Source: an uncultured bacterium (GTDB lineage: Bacteria; Armatimonadota; Abditibacteriia; Abditibacteriales; Abditibacteriaceae). Taken from it: a DNA stretch of 64,000 nt. Both the position numbers and the translations under genes were made by a program. How positions within the stretch are numbered: position 1 is the first letter of the stretch; every line of letters starts with the position of its first letter. This document shows, one piece after another, positions 49,038-60,751 of the stretch. The DNA is taken from the NCBI GenBank assembly GCA_963843795.1, contig CAWJLW010000009.1, positions 1 to 64,000 of the forward strand. Direction: 5' to 3'. The notes under the pieces were generated by a model. That model was not told where the DNA came from. It saw nothing but the letters and a program-made list of their open reading frames with translations, and did no database searches.

Positions 49038-52000
49038 ATGACACTTCGTAAACAAACATTGCTTTTTACAGGCGCGACTTTGCTGGCGCTTTTGGGCGTT
49101 TTATTTGGCGTGTCTTCGACGCTTTTGCAGCGCAATTTGCGCGTGGCCGAAGACGAAAACGCGCGGCAGATTTCTGCCAGCGCGCTCAATATCTTTCAGC
49201 AGGAAATCAAGCAATTCAACGCTAAATTTTTGGACTGGGCGGCGTGGGACGATGCTTATGCCTTTGTCGTCGATGGTAACCCAGCGTTTGTGAAATCGAA
49301 TTTATCGGGGCAGTCGTTGGATATTTTGCGCCTCAACCTGATGGCGTTCGTGCAACCTTCGGGACGCATCGTCTGGGGTACGATGTCCGATGCCAAAACC
49401 CGAAAATTCATACCGGTTTCTGCTGCCATCCAAGCCTACTTTCGGCCCGGAACTCCTCTGCTCTCTTTCAAAAACACCAACGATAGCCATCAGGGAATTT
49501 TGATGTTGGCTGGTGGCCCGATGATGGTTTCGGCGCGTCCGATTTTGACCAGTAATCAGAAAGGCCCGATTCATGGTTATTTCGTCGTCGGGCGCACTCT
49601 CGATGACGTGGAAATTCAGCGTTTGCAGTCCACAATGCGTTTGGGGCTGGCTTTGAAGCCACTTCAAAATTCGGATTTGCCTGCCGATTTTCAGCGGGCG
49701 AGGCAAGTACTTGCCGCATCTGCCAAGCAGAGCTTCGTACAGCCGATTGATGAAAACCGCTTGGGCGCTTACTCGGTTGTCAACGATGTTTTCGGGCAGC
49801 CCGCGCTGCTGGTTCGCGTGGACGTGCCGCGCACAATCTATCAGCAAGGGCAAAGCAGTCGACGCGGATTGATATTTTCCATCTTAGTGGTGGGACTGGT
49901 TTTCGCTGCGGTGACCATGCTGTGGCTCGAGAAAAATGTGCTGTCGCGACTGGCGAATTTTAGCGACAACGTGGCTTCGATTGGCGAAAGCGGTGACTTG
50001 TCCAAACGCCTTGAAATTGCGGGACACGATGAACTGTCGCGCGTGGGCGGAGCGGTCAATCAGATGCTGAGCGACTTGCAACGCTACGAAAGTGAGCGTG
50101 CTCAAAACGCCGAGCAACTGCGCGAGGCCAAGGAAAGCGCCGAAGCCGCCAACCGCACCAAAAGCGCGTTTCTGGCGAGCATGAGCCACGAAATTCGCAC
50201 GCCAATGAACGCAGTGATAGGCATGTCAGATTTGCTGCTCGACACTTCTTTGTCGCGCGAACAACAGGAATACGCGGAAATCGTGCGCAGCAGCAGCGAA
50301 TCTCTACTCGCCATAATCAACGATATTCTCGATTTTTCCAAAATCGAAGCCGGACGCATGGAATTGGAAAGTCGCGCGCTCGATCTGCGCGATTGCATCG
50401 AGTCGGCTTTCGATGTGATTTCGGCTAAGGCTGCGGAAAAGAATTTGGAACTAGCTTTTGCGGTCGAACCCGATGTGCCGCTCGCCATCTTGGGCGATGT
50501 GACACGTTTGCGTCAGATCTTGATAAATCTGCTGGGCAATGCCGTCAAGTTCACGCATCAAGGCGAAATCGTGCTTTCTGTTTCCTGCAAGTACTTGCAG
50601 GGAAACTTTTACGAATTGGATTTTGCGGTGCGCGACACCGGAATCGGCATCGCGCCCGAAGGCATGGAGCGTTTATTTCAATCGTTTAGTCAGGTCGATA
50701 CTTCGACAACGCGCGAATATGGCGGCACCGGTTTGGGTTTGAGCATCAGCTATCGGTTGGCGCAATTGATGGGCGGTGAAATGTCGGCGCACTCTGATGG
50801 CCTCGGCTATGGCACCACGTTTCGCTTTTCCCTGCGTGCGCACGCGGTGCCGCTGCCACCCGAACGCGAACGTCTTCTGGGTCAGCAACCGCATCTCGAA
50901 GGCCAGCGCATTTTGCTAGTTGACGACAACGCGACCAATCGCCGCATTCTCACCCTGCAAACCGAATCTTGGGGCATGAATGTGCGCGCTACGGAATTTC
51001 CAAGTGAAGCACTGGAGTGGATCGAGCGCGGCGACCCGTTCGACATTGCGATTCTCGATATGCACATGCCACAAATGGATGGCGTTGTCCTTGCGCGCGC
51101 CATTCGCAAAAAGCGCGACGCCGCCACTTTGCCGCTCATTATGTGCACATCGCTGGGCCGCAACCCAAGCGATGTGGCCGCTGTGGAATGGGCCGCTTAT
51201 CTCACCAAACCGGTTAAACAATCGCAAATGTTCAACGTGCTGGCCGAAATTTTTGCTTCCGAAACGGAAGAAAAGCTGGCTATTTCCGACGATAACCGGG
51301 TTCTCGAACGACAACCTTTGCAAATTTTGCTGGCCGAAGACAACGCGGTGAACCAGAAATTGGCGCTGCGTTATTTGGAGCGTATGGGCTACGGTGCCGA
51401 TATCGCCAACAACGGACGTGAAGCCCTTGAAGCGTGCGAAAAGCAGCGTTACGACGTGATTTTGATGGATGTGCAAATGCCGGAGATGGACGGTTTGGAA
51501 GCCGCGCGCCGCCTATGCGCGCGCTTTGCGCGTCCCAACCGCCCGCGCATCATTGCCATGACCGCTAACGCGATGGCAGGCGACCGCGAAAACTGTCTGC
51601 AAGCCGGTATGGACGATTATCTCACCAAGCCCATTCGATTGGAACAACTGCGCGCGGCGCTCCAAACGGTGCAGCCTGAAGCAAATGGTGAAAACGAAGC
51701 CGCAAAGCCGTTGCAAGTACTTGCAGCCAAGCCAAGCGCGGAATCATCACCCGAAGCCGCAATTTTGGATAAAGAAGTTTTGGAAAGCTTGCGCACATCG
51801 ATGGGCGATGAATTTTTCATTGAACTTCTCGACGTTTTTTTGCTCGATTCGCAAGCCATGCTGGCGGATTTATCGAGTGCCGCGCAAGCACACGACATTG
51901 AAACTTTGCGTTTAACCGCTCACACCTTAAAATCTAACAGCGCCAGTTTTGGCGCGACCGAACTGTCGCGCTTGTGCTCCGATTTGGAACACAATTATGG

Positions 52001-52097
52001 CAAGGACGTGGCGCCTTTGCGCGTCGCTCAAATCGCTCACGAACTGGAAAAAACTATTGTCGCTCTCAATCTCAAACGCGGGAAAAACACTTCATGA
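49038..52097 (+). CDS. Membrane hybrid kinase: CHASE4-HAMP-HisKA-HATPase-REC-REC-Hpt
   Basis: Two TM helices, DWAAWDDAY (CHASE4), DELSRV (HAMP), [15 protein letters not shown]. Confidence 0.93.
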   Translation: MTLRKQTLLFTGATLLALLGVLFGVSSTLLQRNLRVAEDENARQISASALNIFQQEIKQFNAKFLDWAAWDDAYAFVVDGNPAFVKSNLSGQSLDILRLNLMAFVQPSGRIVWGTMSDAKTRKFIPVSAAIQAYFRPGTPLLSFKNTNDSHQGILMLAGGPMMVSARPILTSNQKGPIHGYFVVGRTLDDVEIQRLQSTMRLGLALKPLQNSDLPADFQRARQVLAASAKQSFVQPIDENRLGAYSVVNDVFGQPALLVRVDVPRTIYQQGQSSRRGLIFSILVVGLVFAAVTMLWLEKNVLSRLANFSDNVASIGESGDLSKRLEIAGHDELSRVGGAVNQMLSDLQRYESERAQNAEQLREAKESAEAANRTKSAFLASMSHEIRTPMNAVIGMSDLLLDTSLSREQQEYAEIVRSSSESLLAIINDILDFSKIEAGRMELESRALDLRDCIESAFDVISAKAAEKNLELAFAVEPDVPLAILGDVTRLRQILINLLGNAVKFTHQGEIVLSVSCKYLQGNFYELDFAVRDTGIGIAPEGMERLFQSFSQVDTSTTREYGGTGLGLSISYRLAQLMGGEMSAHSDGLGYGTTFRFSLRAHAVPLPPERERLLGQQPHLEGQRILLVDDNATNRRILTLQTESWGMNVRATEFPSEALEWIERGDPFDIAILDMHMPQMDGVVLARAIRKKRDAATLPLIMCTSLGRNPSDVAAVEWAAYLTKPVKQSQMFNVLAEIFASETEEKLAISDDNRVLERQPLQILLAEDNAVNQKLALRYLERMGYGADIANNGREALEACEKQRYDVILMDVQMPEMDGLEAARRLCARFARPNRPRIIAMTANAMAGDRENCLQAGMDDYLTKPIRLEQLRAALQTVQPEANGENEAAKPLQVLAAKPSAESSPEAAILDKEVLESLRTSMGDEFFIELLDVFLLDSQAMLADLSSAAQAHDIETLRLTAHTLKSNSASFGATELSRLCSDLEHNYGKDVAPLRVAQIAHELEKTIVALNLKRGKNTS

Positions 52098-53245
52098 AAA
52101 CCGAAACCGGACACATTTTAATTGTTGACGACGACCGTATGCAGCGCATGCTCTTGACGCGCACGCTTCAGCAGCAAGGTCACAGCGTGGAAGCTGTGGA
52201 AAGCGGCGAGGAAGCCTTACAAAAACTCAAATTGTCTTCTTTCGATGCCGTGTTGTGCGATATCACCATGCCAGAAATGGATGGTTTTCAAGTTTTGGAA
52301 GCCATAATGAGCGATTCGCAGTTGCGCGATATTCCGGTCATTATGGTGTCGGGTTTTGGTGAAATGGCCGGAATCGTGGCGTGCATCGAAATGGGCGCGG
52401 CGGATTATCTTCACAAACCCGCAGACCCCGCTTTGCTGCGTGCCCGTGTGGAAAGCTGTCTGGCAAAGAAACGCTGGCAGGAACAGGAAGTCGCGCTTCG
52501 GCGGGAATCGGAAAATCGCTATGAACAATTGCAGGAATTGGAAAAATTGCGCGACAGCCTGACCTCGATGATCGTTCACGATTTGCGCACGCCCCTGACT
52601 TCGTTTCTCACCGGCTTGCAGAGCATCGAATTCTTGGGCGATTTGAACGATGACCAGAAAGAAATTTTGGAAATTTCCTCCAACGGCGGCGAAATTTTGT
52701 TGCGCATGATCAACGATTTACTCGATATTTCCAAAATGGAAAGCGGTGCTTTAGTCTTGGAAATTCAGAAAATCGCCGCGTCCGAACTGGCAGCCCATTC
52801 GATTCAAAACATCGAAGCGCTGGCCAAAAGCAAGGAAGTGCAACTGGTGACACACATCGCTCCCGATCTGCCTGATTTTTGCGGTGATGCGGACAAACTC
52901 GGTCGCACTTTGGTCAATCTCATGGGCAACGCCGTCAAATTCACGCCGCAAGGCGGCACGATCACGCTTTCCATCGGCTTTGAGCCACGACCCGAACGCA
53001 CGGACGCGGTGGTTCTGAGCGTCGCCGACAGCGGAGAAGGCATTCCCTCCGAAGCCTTTGAACGCATTTTCGAAAAGTTTGGTCAGGTCGAAGGCCGTCG
53101 CGGTGGACGCAAAATGTCTACCGGATTGGGCCTGACCTTTTGCAAAATGGTAGTCGAAGCGCACGGAGGCCGCATCTGGATCGAAAGCGAAATCGGACGC
53201 GGTAGCAACTTTCTCTTCGCGATTCCCTGTCAACTCGCTAAATAA
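52094..53245 (+). CDS. Response regulator-histidine kinase (REC-HisKA-HATPase), paralogue of 43097..44281
   Basis: [40 protein letters not shown] overlap at 52094. Confidence 0.93.
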   Translation: MKTETGHILIVDDDRMQRMLLTRTLQQQGHSVEAVESGEEALQKLKLSSFDAVLCDITMPEMDGFQVLEAIMSDSQLRDIPVIMVSGFGEMAGIVACIEMGAADYLHKPADPALLRARVESCLAKKRWQEQEVALRRESENRYEQLQELEKLRDSLTSMIVHDLRTPLTSFLTGLQSIEFLGDLNDDQKEILEISSNGGEILLRMINDLLDISKMESGALVLEIQKIAASELAAHSIQNIEALAKSKEVQLVTHIAPDLPDFCGDADKLGRTLVNLMGNAVKFTPQGGTITLSIGFEPRPERTDAVVLSVADSGEGIPSEAFERIFEKFGQVEGRRGGRKMSTGLGLTFCKMVVEAHGGRIWIESEIGRGSNFLFAIPCQLAK

Positions 53246-53267
53246 ATGTTTTCAATGCAATGGTTTT

Positions 53268-56228
53268 TTACAATGGGCGCACCACGACGGGACCAAGCAA
53301 ACCGGAATCAAAAATTGGCCATTGCGAAGCATCGAAGGGCTTGTAATTGATATTCACGACATTGGCATCGCGAAAAATGCGCCACGGCACTTTGCGCTGA
53401 TCAAGATCGCGGATTCGATTGGCCGCCAGGTTGGTAACTTCGATTTCCAGCAGGTTGTCTTGCGCCTGCAAATTTTCCAAACGGATGCGATACGGATGCA
53501 TCAATAGCGTGCCGATTTCTTGGCCATTTAACCTGACCCGCGCGCTGTGACAAACTTCGCCCAAATCTAACAGCCAATCTGATTTTTGACCGTTCGGAGT
53601 ATCAGGCGCGTCGAACGTTGTCGAATAAAGTGCCGTGCCACTGAAACTTTGGGTGCGAGCGTCGTCACGGTTTGTCCACGAAGCGAGCGTTGAAGTTTGG
53701 AACGGTTGCGGCAGTTGCGGGCCGCCTTCGAGAAAGCGAACTTGCCACAGCTCTTTAACAGCAAAGGCCCCCTTTTGCGGGGCGTCGAAGGAAAAGTGCG
53801 CGCCGCGAATTGGGGCACTGCGATAAGTTCGCAGCAAAAGCGAGTGACCGGGTTCGATGCGCAGCGCTACGCGCTGAGTGCCATCCGCATTCAGCTGCAA
53901 ATCAGCGGTTCCTGTGCGTCCGCTCATTGCGTCCATTACAACAGCCGAGCGAGCGCGCGTGCCTAAATTCACTTCACCGTCCAAAATCTCCGTCCCTTGA
54001 TTAACGATGAAATAACACCAGCCGTCATCGTGCGCTTTGCGAATAAATTTAATGCCCTTGTGATCGACAATCGGCTCGCGCGCCACACCAGCCTCCTGCA
54101 ACAAGGATTCAAGTGCACCCGCAAGTACTTGCCCACGCCCCCAGGCCGCTCGATTGAGTTCGGGAGCGTTGGTCGCGCGACCGATTGGCTGAAAATCGAG
54201 CTGGTCAAGAAGCGTTTTCAATTCTGCTCGGCGCGTGGTTAAATCGGCCAAGCCGGGAACATCGGTGGGCAAGCCGTCTTGAAATAAAATCGTGCAGCCT
54301 TGTCGGGCCAAATCGAGCAGTTTTTCCAAAGTAGGAAAAGGCATTAAATGCGCCGAGGGCACAACAATCACGCCATAATCGCCGCCCGCCACGCGAATTT
54401 TTTCTTCACTGGCGGAAGCGCTGGACAATTGGCGGTCGGAGATATAATCGAAGCCGTAACCGCGCTCCCACAAGGTTTGCGCGGTTTTGCCAAGCGGTTG
54501 CTCGGTCAGCCATTCGTGATTGTGAACCGTGAAAGTGGGTGCCAGTTTGGGATTGCTGTGCCACAGATCGTGGATAGGCCAATACAGCAGCACGTCGTTG
54601 TCGGGGCGGGTGGATTGTAAAATCGACTGACAGCGCGCGAGATATTGGTTCAAAGCCGGAGCATCGTGCCAGATTGGATTACGCGGATTCATTTCGGTCG
54701 ATGCATAGAAAACCCAGCCCGGCCACTCTGCATCGTTGGGCGAATAGCAGGTGCCGTGATAAACGATTCGATTGATGCCCGAAACCAGCATTAAGTCGGC
54801 CATGCACTTCAATTCTTCAAGCGTCTCACAAAAGTGTTCGGCCATCCACGTACCGGTTTCGGCAGTAACGATGCGACGACCCGCGACATGAGCAGCCGAT
54901 GACGCGAATTTGCTAATTAAGGGATTGCGGTCGCCTTCGCCAAAATTTTCGTCGAAGCCTGATGCGAGCGGATCGCGCGTGCCTCTGCCGAACATTTCAG
55001 TTTCGGGCATATCAGCCAGCGCATACACATCGAGCAGATTGGCAGGCGAACCGTGCGCTTGATAACGGACCTGCATGCCGCGCGCGTGGCACCAGCTCGT
55101 CCATTGTGAAAAAACATCTTCAATCATCAAATCAGAAAGTGTCTCGTTATAATCGCAGCGCAAGCGTGCAGCGGAATCACTTTTGTAATCGTCGAACGAG
55201 TCATCGGTGGCAGCACACAAAAGTGGCAGTTGCTCTTGCAAATTGTAGCCACGCCGATGGGCAAAAGCGGCGGGCAACTCGGGCGACCAGTTGGAGTTGT
55301 ATTCGTAGGAATCCTGGAACATCGCCCGGGGTAAAGCGCCCTTGTATTCGTCAAAGGCCTGCGTGAACTGTTCCAGAAAACGGCTCATTGCACCCGGCGA
55401 CATCGGATTAATCATCGGGCCCACTCCGCCCGGCGCCGCGCGTTTCACCATTGGGCCATCAGCCTTGGCGCTTAGAAGATAAAGTTTCCAGGCCAGCGCG
55501 CCCGCTTCCCAATCAAGTTCGCCATCGGCGTTGATGCGCGGTTTGAGATCGACCTGATCGCCATTTGCAGAAACTGCCATCAGCGCTTGAACTTCTGTGG
55601 CAATGAGTCGCTCGGTCAACTCTTCTCCGGCGGAAATTTCAATGGCACGGGTATGAATGTGCCAGCCGCCATCTTCGCGCGTTGTTGTTGGCCCACCAAA
55701 ACACCAGCCGGTGCCCGTCGTCATATCAACGCCGAGTCCCAAACGATTGGCTTCGACAATGGTAAAATTCAGCATCTCCATCCATTGCGGGCTGAGATAT
55801 TCGATGTCGCGGTCTTCGGCGCCCAGAGTGCTGTAAATCGGAATGATATGAATTCCGCCCAGCACGCCGTCGCGGTAGCGCTGTAATTCGCGCGACAAGT
55901 TTTCCTTATCGACTGCGCTGCCATGCCACCAGTTGAAAGCCCACGGACGCGCGCTATCAAGCACCGGCCAATTCAAAGCGCCCGCAAGCGCCTCTGCGGA
56001 CGCCTGAGCCACGCTTTCTCCAATGCCCTTTTCGGCGGTTGCTTTTATCGCGGATTGGCCGGGCGCGGCATTGCCTTTGGGCACCGACAAGGCTACCGCG
56101 CCCGTCACAACAGCACCGGCAACACCAGATTTAAGCAATTGGCGACGACTCACTTTATCACTGTCACGCGTTTTCTCACGTCCTGCCGAGCTATCAGTTT
56201 TGATGCTTTCACCTCGAAGAATTTCCAT
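53268..56228 (-). CDS. GH106 alpha-L-rhamnosidase-like protein, Tat-exported
   Basis: SRRQLLK, RPWAFNWWHGSAV, TGTGWCFGGP, DSYE, QAHG, PETE, SGLLGPV. Start position uncertain. Confidence 0.88.
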   Translation of the reverse strand: MEILRGESIKTDSSAGREKTRDSDKVSRRQLLKSGVAGAVVTGAVALSVPKGNAAPGQSAIKATAEKGIGESVAQASAEALAGALNWPVLDSARPWAFNWWHGSAVDKENLSRELQRYRDGVLGGIHIIPIYSTLGAEDRDIEYLSPQWMEMLNFTIVEANRLGLGVDMTTGTGWCFGGPTTTREDGGWHIHTRAIEISAGEELTERLIATEVQALMAVSANGDQVDLKPRINADGELDWEAGALAWKLYLLSAKADGPMVKRAAPGGVGPMINPMSPGAMSRFLEQFTQAFDEYKGALPRAMFQDSYEYNSNWSPELPAAFAHRRGYNLQEQLPLLCAATDDSFDDYKSDSAARLRCDYNETLSDLMIEDVFSQWTSWCHARGMQVRYQAHGSPANLLDVYALADMPETEMFGRGTRDPLASGFDENFGEGDRNPLISKFASSAAHVAGRRIVTAETGTWMAEHFCETLEELKCMADLMLVSGINRIVYHGTCYSPNDAEWPGWVFYASTEMNPRNPIWHDAPALNQYLARCQSILQSTRPDNDVLLYWPIHDLWHSNPKLAPTFTVHNHEWLTEQPLGKTAQTLWERGYGFDYISDRQLSSASASEEKIRVAGGDYGVIVVPSAHLMPFPTLEKLLDLARQGCTILFQDGLPTDVPGLADLTTRRAELKTLLDQLDFQPIGRATNAPELNRAAWGRGQVLAGALESLLQEAGVAREPIVDHKGIKFIRKAHDDGWCYFIVNQGTEILDGEVNLGTRARSAVVMDAMSGRTGTADLQLNADGTQRVALRIEPGHSLLLRTYRSAPIRGAHFSFDAPQKGAFAVKELWQVRFLEGGPQLPQPFQTSTLASWTNRDDARTQSFSGTALYSTTFDAPDTPNGQKSDWLLDLGEVCHSARVRLNGQEIGTLLMHPYRIRLENLQAQDNLLEIEVTNLAANRIRDLDQRKVPWRIFRDANVVNINYKPFDASQWPIFDSGLLGPVVVRPL

Positions 56229-56497
56229 AACCAAAGCGAATCTTTTGTGCCGCTGATTCCTTTTTACGCGGCAGCAAGTACTTGCTACTGCCCTGGCTTT
56301 ATGCTCCGCCTGCAACGTTGTTTTTCAGAAGTGGTTCGTGTTTTAAAATGCGTTGCTGCTGAAGCGCGAGCCACAGCAAAAAGAATGGCACAACGCGCTC
56401 AGGCAAGCAACATTACCCCTGTAAAGAATGCGGCGATCAAATGTTCTGCGCCAGCATTGCATCAGGATTCTCTGTGCCGCCGTTGGGTGTAATGAGG

Positions 56498-57256
56498 TTA
56501 ATCGTCGGGGAAAATGCTGGTGCGCGGCACGGTTTCATCGTCGCAGTCGTTATCTACTTCGTCGATGAGTCGGCGGCGCATTAGGGTAAAGAAAACCGCG
56601 CCTGCAATTATGCACGAAACGGCGGGCAAAAGCAGGCAAATCGGGCCGTAGCGAAGGTCGAAAAAAGCGCCGACAAAACCGCCGCCGCCAAACGAAAGGA
56701 GCAGCGCGACCAAAAATTTCAGCTTCCACGTCACGATGCGACGATGACGCAACCAATGACCGAGCATCACGCCCAAATCGGTGACGACCCCGCTGACGTG
56801 CGTGGTGCGAATCATCAGGCCGCAGTAACTGCTGCTCATCGCGTTTTGTAAACCGCACGCAGTCGCCGCCAGCATCGGCCCACCGGAAATTTTGTGCAAC
56901 AAAAGCCAGGTCGCCACCAGCAGCAACGCGCCTTCGAGCATCAGTACCGCACCGTAACGACGTGAAGGCGACAACTTGATGGCGCCGACAAGAATGCCCG
57001 CCAGCATCGCGCCCAGTAGAAATCCCAGAATGACCGAAAGCGAACCGAACACGCCCGCGACCTGACCTCCGGCGGCATTCAATCCCAAGCGCGAAACCGC
57101 ACCCGACATATGACTGACCGGCGTATCGAAAAAGCCCAGGGTGACAGAATTGACGTAGCCCGCCGTGCCGCCCAGTGCCATCGCGCCCCACAAAATATGT
57201 TTCCATTCGCGTGAAATTGTCGCTTTGTCCAACGTTTGCGGATGGGAATAAGGCAT
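56498..57256 (-). CDS. YoaK/DUF1275 family membrane protein
   Basis: AGYVN, SHMSG, GLQNA, RTTHVSG..TD. Confidence 0.88.
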   Translation of the reverse strand: MPYSHPQTLDKATISREWKHILWGAMALGGTAGYVNSVTLGFFDTPVSHMSGAVSRLGLNAAGGQVAGVFGSLSVILGFLLGAMLAGILVGAIKLSPSRRYGAVLMLEGALLLVATWLLLHKISGGPMLAATACGLQNAMSSSYCGLMIRTTHVSGVVTDLGVMLGHWLRHRRIVTWKLKFLVALLLSFGGGGFVGAFFDLRYGPICLLLPAVSCIIAGAVFFTLMRRRLIDEVDNDCDDETVPRTSIFPDD

Positions 57257-57312
57257 GGAAGGAAGTTGGATATCAAATACTCGATGTCGGGTTTCAAGTC
57301 AGTAGCCGGTAA

Positions 57313-58170
57313 TTATTCAATCGGTGCAAATGTTTCGGTGCGAATGTCAACAATTTTTCCTTTGTAATACGGCGCGTTTCCTTCTGGCATTTGCCATGAA
57401 ACTTCGCCTTCGAGCGGAATCATCACACCGTTGCGTTGCTGATAACTCCAAAGCCGACCGGCCCACGGAAATTCTCTGGTTTCGCTTTTGGTCGAGTAAG
57501 GGCGGGCGGGCGCGAAAAAGCTGTTGATTTCTCCGCGTTCGTTGAAACTGAATTCAAGAGAAACGGTTGTCTCACCATCGCTCAAAGTGGCCAGTGCTCG
57601 CTGATCGTCAATCGGCGTCCATTGCAAATTTTTCGACGGCAAAAGCGCGGTTGGCAGCCAGACTAATTCCGCCAGATAGCGCATTAAAGAACCTGCATCG
57701 AGACCCGCGTCGTCGTGCGCGTTCATCATCGAAAAAAGCGACATTAGTTTCACTTTCATCGCGCCGCGTCCACCTAAAAAACTATCGCGCACGCGTACAT
57801 CGAGGAACCGATTCATTTTCATTTTCGCGTCCCACACAAAACCCGCTGGGTGTGCGGAAAAATTTTGAACCGAAGCGAAGGGAATCCATTTGTGGTTCAA
57901 AGAAAATTCGCCTTCGTGCCAGATTTGCGCGGTGCGAATGGGCTGCTGCCCGTCTTGCAGCGCGAAGCGAAAATACGCGGCAACCGGCGCGGGCAAAGCC
58001 TGAAAATCTGCAAAGCAAACCGCTGCGGAATTCGGCTGAGCCGCTTGCACCAGCTTTTCGACCAGCTCCCGGGTTTCGCTTTTCCACTTCGCCCCGCGCG
58101 AGCGCAAAATCAAACTGCATCCTGCGCCCGCCAAGCCCAAAGTCGCTAGGATTTTTATGCAATTTTTCAT
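57313..58170 (-). CDS. Conserved hypothetical protein (DUF6544/DUF6920-like)
   Basis: LPAPVAAYF, GFVWDA, RYLAELVWLPTALL. N-terminal anchor. Confidence 0.8.
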   Translation of the reverse strand: MKNCIKILATLGLAGAGCSLILRSRGAKWKSETRELVEKLVQAAQPNSAAVCFADFQALPAPVAAYFRFALQDGQQPIRTAQIWHEGEFSLNHKWIPFASVQNFSAHPAGFVWDAKMKMNRFLDVRVRDSFLGGRGAMKVKLMSLFSMMNAHDDAGLDAGSLMRYLAELVWLPTALLPSKNLQWTPIDDQRALATLSDGETTVSLEFSFNERGEINSFFAPARPYSTKSETREFPWAGRLWSYQQRNGVMIPLEGEVSWQMPEGNAPYYKGKIVDIRTETFAPIE

Positions 58171-58477
58171 GGTTTGGTTCTCGATAAGGTTTGATAAATG
58201 AAACTCTGTAGCGGCCTGCGAAAGCATAACTGATTTCGCCAGAACGGCTAATTGACACCGAAAACGCGCAATGCTGTCTTTACAGCTTTGGTTGCAACTT
58301 TGATTCGAGCAGCCCTGAATGAAGCCCGTCAGTTAGCCCAATGATTTCGATTTTGATTGTCAAGGAGAAGTGCTAATTTTACTTAATCGTTCGTGGCGCT
58401 CAATTTGCTCGTCCATATAGGCTGAACTGTTCTCTATCTGCCGCAAAGGCAACCGACAGTTCAAAGGTGGCACAATT

Positions 58478-58603
58478 ATGGGCGACAAATCTCCCAAGTC
58501 GAACAGCAAACAAGCGGCGCAGAAACAAAGCAAAGACAGCGCGCAGAAAAAACAGAAATCTGATGCTGAATCTTTGAAACAAATTCCCAAAGTTAAGAAA
58601 TAG
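58478..58603 (+). CDS. Small Lys/Gln-rich basic protein (41 aa), absent from the ORF track
   Basis: MGDKSPKSNSKQAAQKQSKDSAQKKQKSDAESLKQIPKVKK, with AAAGGTGG RBS. Confidence 0.7.
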   Translation: MGDKSPKSNSKQAAQKQSKDSAQKKQKSDAESLKQIPKVKK

Positions 58604-58722
58604 ACGGTAATGCTTTTTGTTTATTTCGATAGTGATCGAACTACTTCTTCACTGCTCTTCCACAAAAACATAAAGATTATCACCGAATGAACGTGTGAAT
58701 TTCTCTGATTTTTTAGAAGACA

Positions 58723-58752
58723 AAAGGCCGTGCAAGTACTTGCATGGCCTTT
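58723..58752. repeat. 30-bp palindrome (one G.T pair) centred on GCAAGTACTTGC
   Basis: AAAGGCCGTGCAAGTACTTGCATGGCCTTT. Confidence 0.9.
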
Positions 58753-59040
58753 CATCTCTTCACACCTGCCACCACGATTCGTTTCTATCGGTGCAGCCCA
58801 AACCACCGCACACGCTTGACTGCGCGCCCGTCATGCAGGCCGCACTTATCAATGCAAAAAAACTGTGGCCAAGCCGCGTCACTTAACTGGCGGCGCTGCT
58901 CACGACGCATTAGCACGATTTGCGCGCGCGCAGAGCATTCTTGTGATGAGTCCCAACGTGCTGCACGACGTGACGGCGCACGAAGCGAGCCAGATTTTGC
59001 TTACCATTCAACTCGAACAGAACAAAGACAGAAACGAGCC

Positions 59041-59613
59041 ATGAAACCTCCGACGCGCACCGAGTATTCGCAGCATTTTCAGGTTCTAAATGTCGGAGAT
59101 GCGCGCGGCGAATTGCTCCTTCGAATCCGCCCGATTGCGCCGGATGACGAGCAACGATTGATCGATTTCTTCCGCTCGCACACTGCCGCGACGATTCATT
59201 TGCGCTACGGCATGATGATGCGCGAAATGTCGCACCAAAGGGCGGCGGAATTGGTGCGGCTCGACGGCCACACCGAACTGGCGCTCATCGCCCTCGATGG
59301 CCCGACCGATGCCGAACATATCGTGGCTGTCGGGCGCTATTTTCTGGATGAAGCGACGAATCTGGCCGAAGTCGCTTTTGTCGTGCATGAGCAGTATCGA
59401 GGTCTGGGCATCGCCACACATCTGCTGCGCCAACTCGTGCAGGTAATGCGCGACAAAGGCTTTTCCGGCATCACGGCGCAAGTGCTGGAAGAGAACAATT
59501 CGATGCTGCAAGTACTTGCCGAAGTGCTGGGACGCGCCGACCAAACCACGTCCGGCAGCGGCGAAACGACCTTAATTTATCGGTTCAAAAACAGCGAATC
59601 AAAGCCGCTTTGA
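59041..59613 (+). CDS. Stand-alone GNAT acetyltransferase (Pat-type GNAT domain)
   Basis: IRPIAPDDE, VAVGRY, AEVAFVVHEQYRGLGIAT, VLEENNSML. Confidence 0.88.
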   Translation: MKPPTRTEYSQHFQVLNVGDARGELLLRIRPIAPDDEQRLIDFFRSHTAATIHLRYGMMMREMSHQRAAELVRLDGHTELALIALDGPTDAEHIVAVGRYFLDEATNLAEVAFVVHEQYRGLGIATHLLRQLVQVMRDKGFSGITAQVLEENNSMLQVLAEVLGRADQTTSGSGETTLIYRFKNSESKPL

Positions 59614-59635
59614 GCCTGTTGCCCGACTTGACCAT

Positions 59636-60751
59636 ATGATTCAATCCACGATCCTCACGGTCAACACCGGCAGTTCCTCCGTCCGATTATCGGCCTTCCG
59701 TGCCGATCAAGACGAGTTGTGTTTAATCGCAACCGAACGCTTGGACACTCAAGCGGGCGAGCCAGAAAAACTTTTGCGCGCGTTTTTACAAACGCACGAT
59801 TTGAAAAATATTTCCATCGTGGCGCATCGCATTGTACATGGCGGCGCACATTTCACCAAACCAACGCGTTTGGATGCTGAATCCGAACGCGCTATCGGTG
59901 AACTTTCTCATCTCGCGCCGTTGCACAATCCGCGCGCGTTGCGCTGGATTGCCGTCTGCCGCGAAGTGCTGGGCGAGCAAGTGCTTCAAATCGGAATTTT
60001 CGACACCGCGTTTTTCGCGCAATTACCCGCCGTGGCTGCGACTTACGCGCTACCGCACGAACTGTGCGAAAAACACGGCATTCGGCGTTTTGGTTTTCAC
60101 GGTCTGGCGCACAATGCGATGAACCGGCGCTGGCAGCAAATCAGACCGCAACTCGAAAAGGGAGGGCGCGTGATTTCGCTGCAACTGGGTTCTGGCTGCT
60201 CCATCACTGCAAGTACTTGCGGCGTGCCACAAGATACGTCGATGGGCTTTTCGCCGCTTGAAGGACTCGTGATGTCAACGCGCAGCGGCGATGTGGACGC
60301 CGGAGTACTCGCGTTTTTGCAACGCGCGGAGAATCTTTCGCCGGACGATTTGGAATCGCTGCTGAACTCGAAATCGGGCTTGCTGGGCGTTTCCGACCTC
60401 AGCGGCGATATGCGAGAGTTGCTGGAGTCCGATACGCCCGCAGCGCGTCTGGCGGTGGAACTGTATTGCTATCGCGCGCGCAAATATATTGGCGCGTATC
60501 TGACGGTGCTGGGCGGCGCTGATGCCATTTTATTTGGCGGCGGCGTGGGCGAAAACGCCGCGCCCATCCGCGAACGTATTCTATCTGGTCTGGAATGGTG
60601 CGGCCTCGTTTTCGACCGTGCGGCCAACGTTGCCGCGATAGGTAGCGAAGCCCGCATCAGTACGCCGGGAAGTCGCATTGAGGCGTGGGTCGTGCCGGTA
60701 GATGAGGCGCAAGTACTTGCACAGGAAGCTATCGCCGCGCAGACGAAATGA
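59636..60751 (+). CDS. ackA: Acetate kinase
   Basis: [44 protein letters not shown]. Confidence 0.96.
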   Translation: MIQSTILTVNTGSSSVRLSAFRADQDELCLIATERLDTQAGEPEKLLRAFLQTHDLKNISIVAHRIVHGGAHFTKPTRLDAESERAIGELSHLAPLHNPRALRWIAVCREVLGEQVLQIGIFDTAFFAQLPAVAATYALPHELCEKHGIRRFGFHGLAHNAMNRRWQQIRPQLEKGGRVISLQLGSGCSITASTCGVPQDTSMGFSPLEGLVMSTRSGDVDAGVLAFLQRAENLSPDDLESLLNSKSGLLGVSDLSGDMRELLESDTPAARLAVELYCYRARKYIGAYLTVLGGADAILFGGGVGENAAPIRERILSGLEWCGLVFDRAANVAAIGSEARISTPGSRIEAWVVPVDEAQVLAQEAIAAQTK

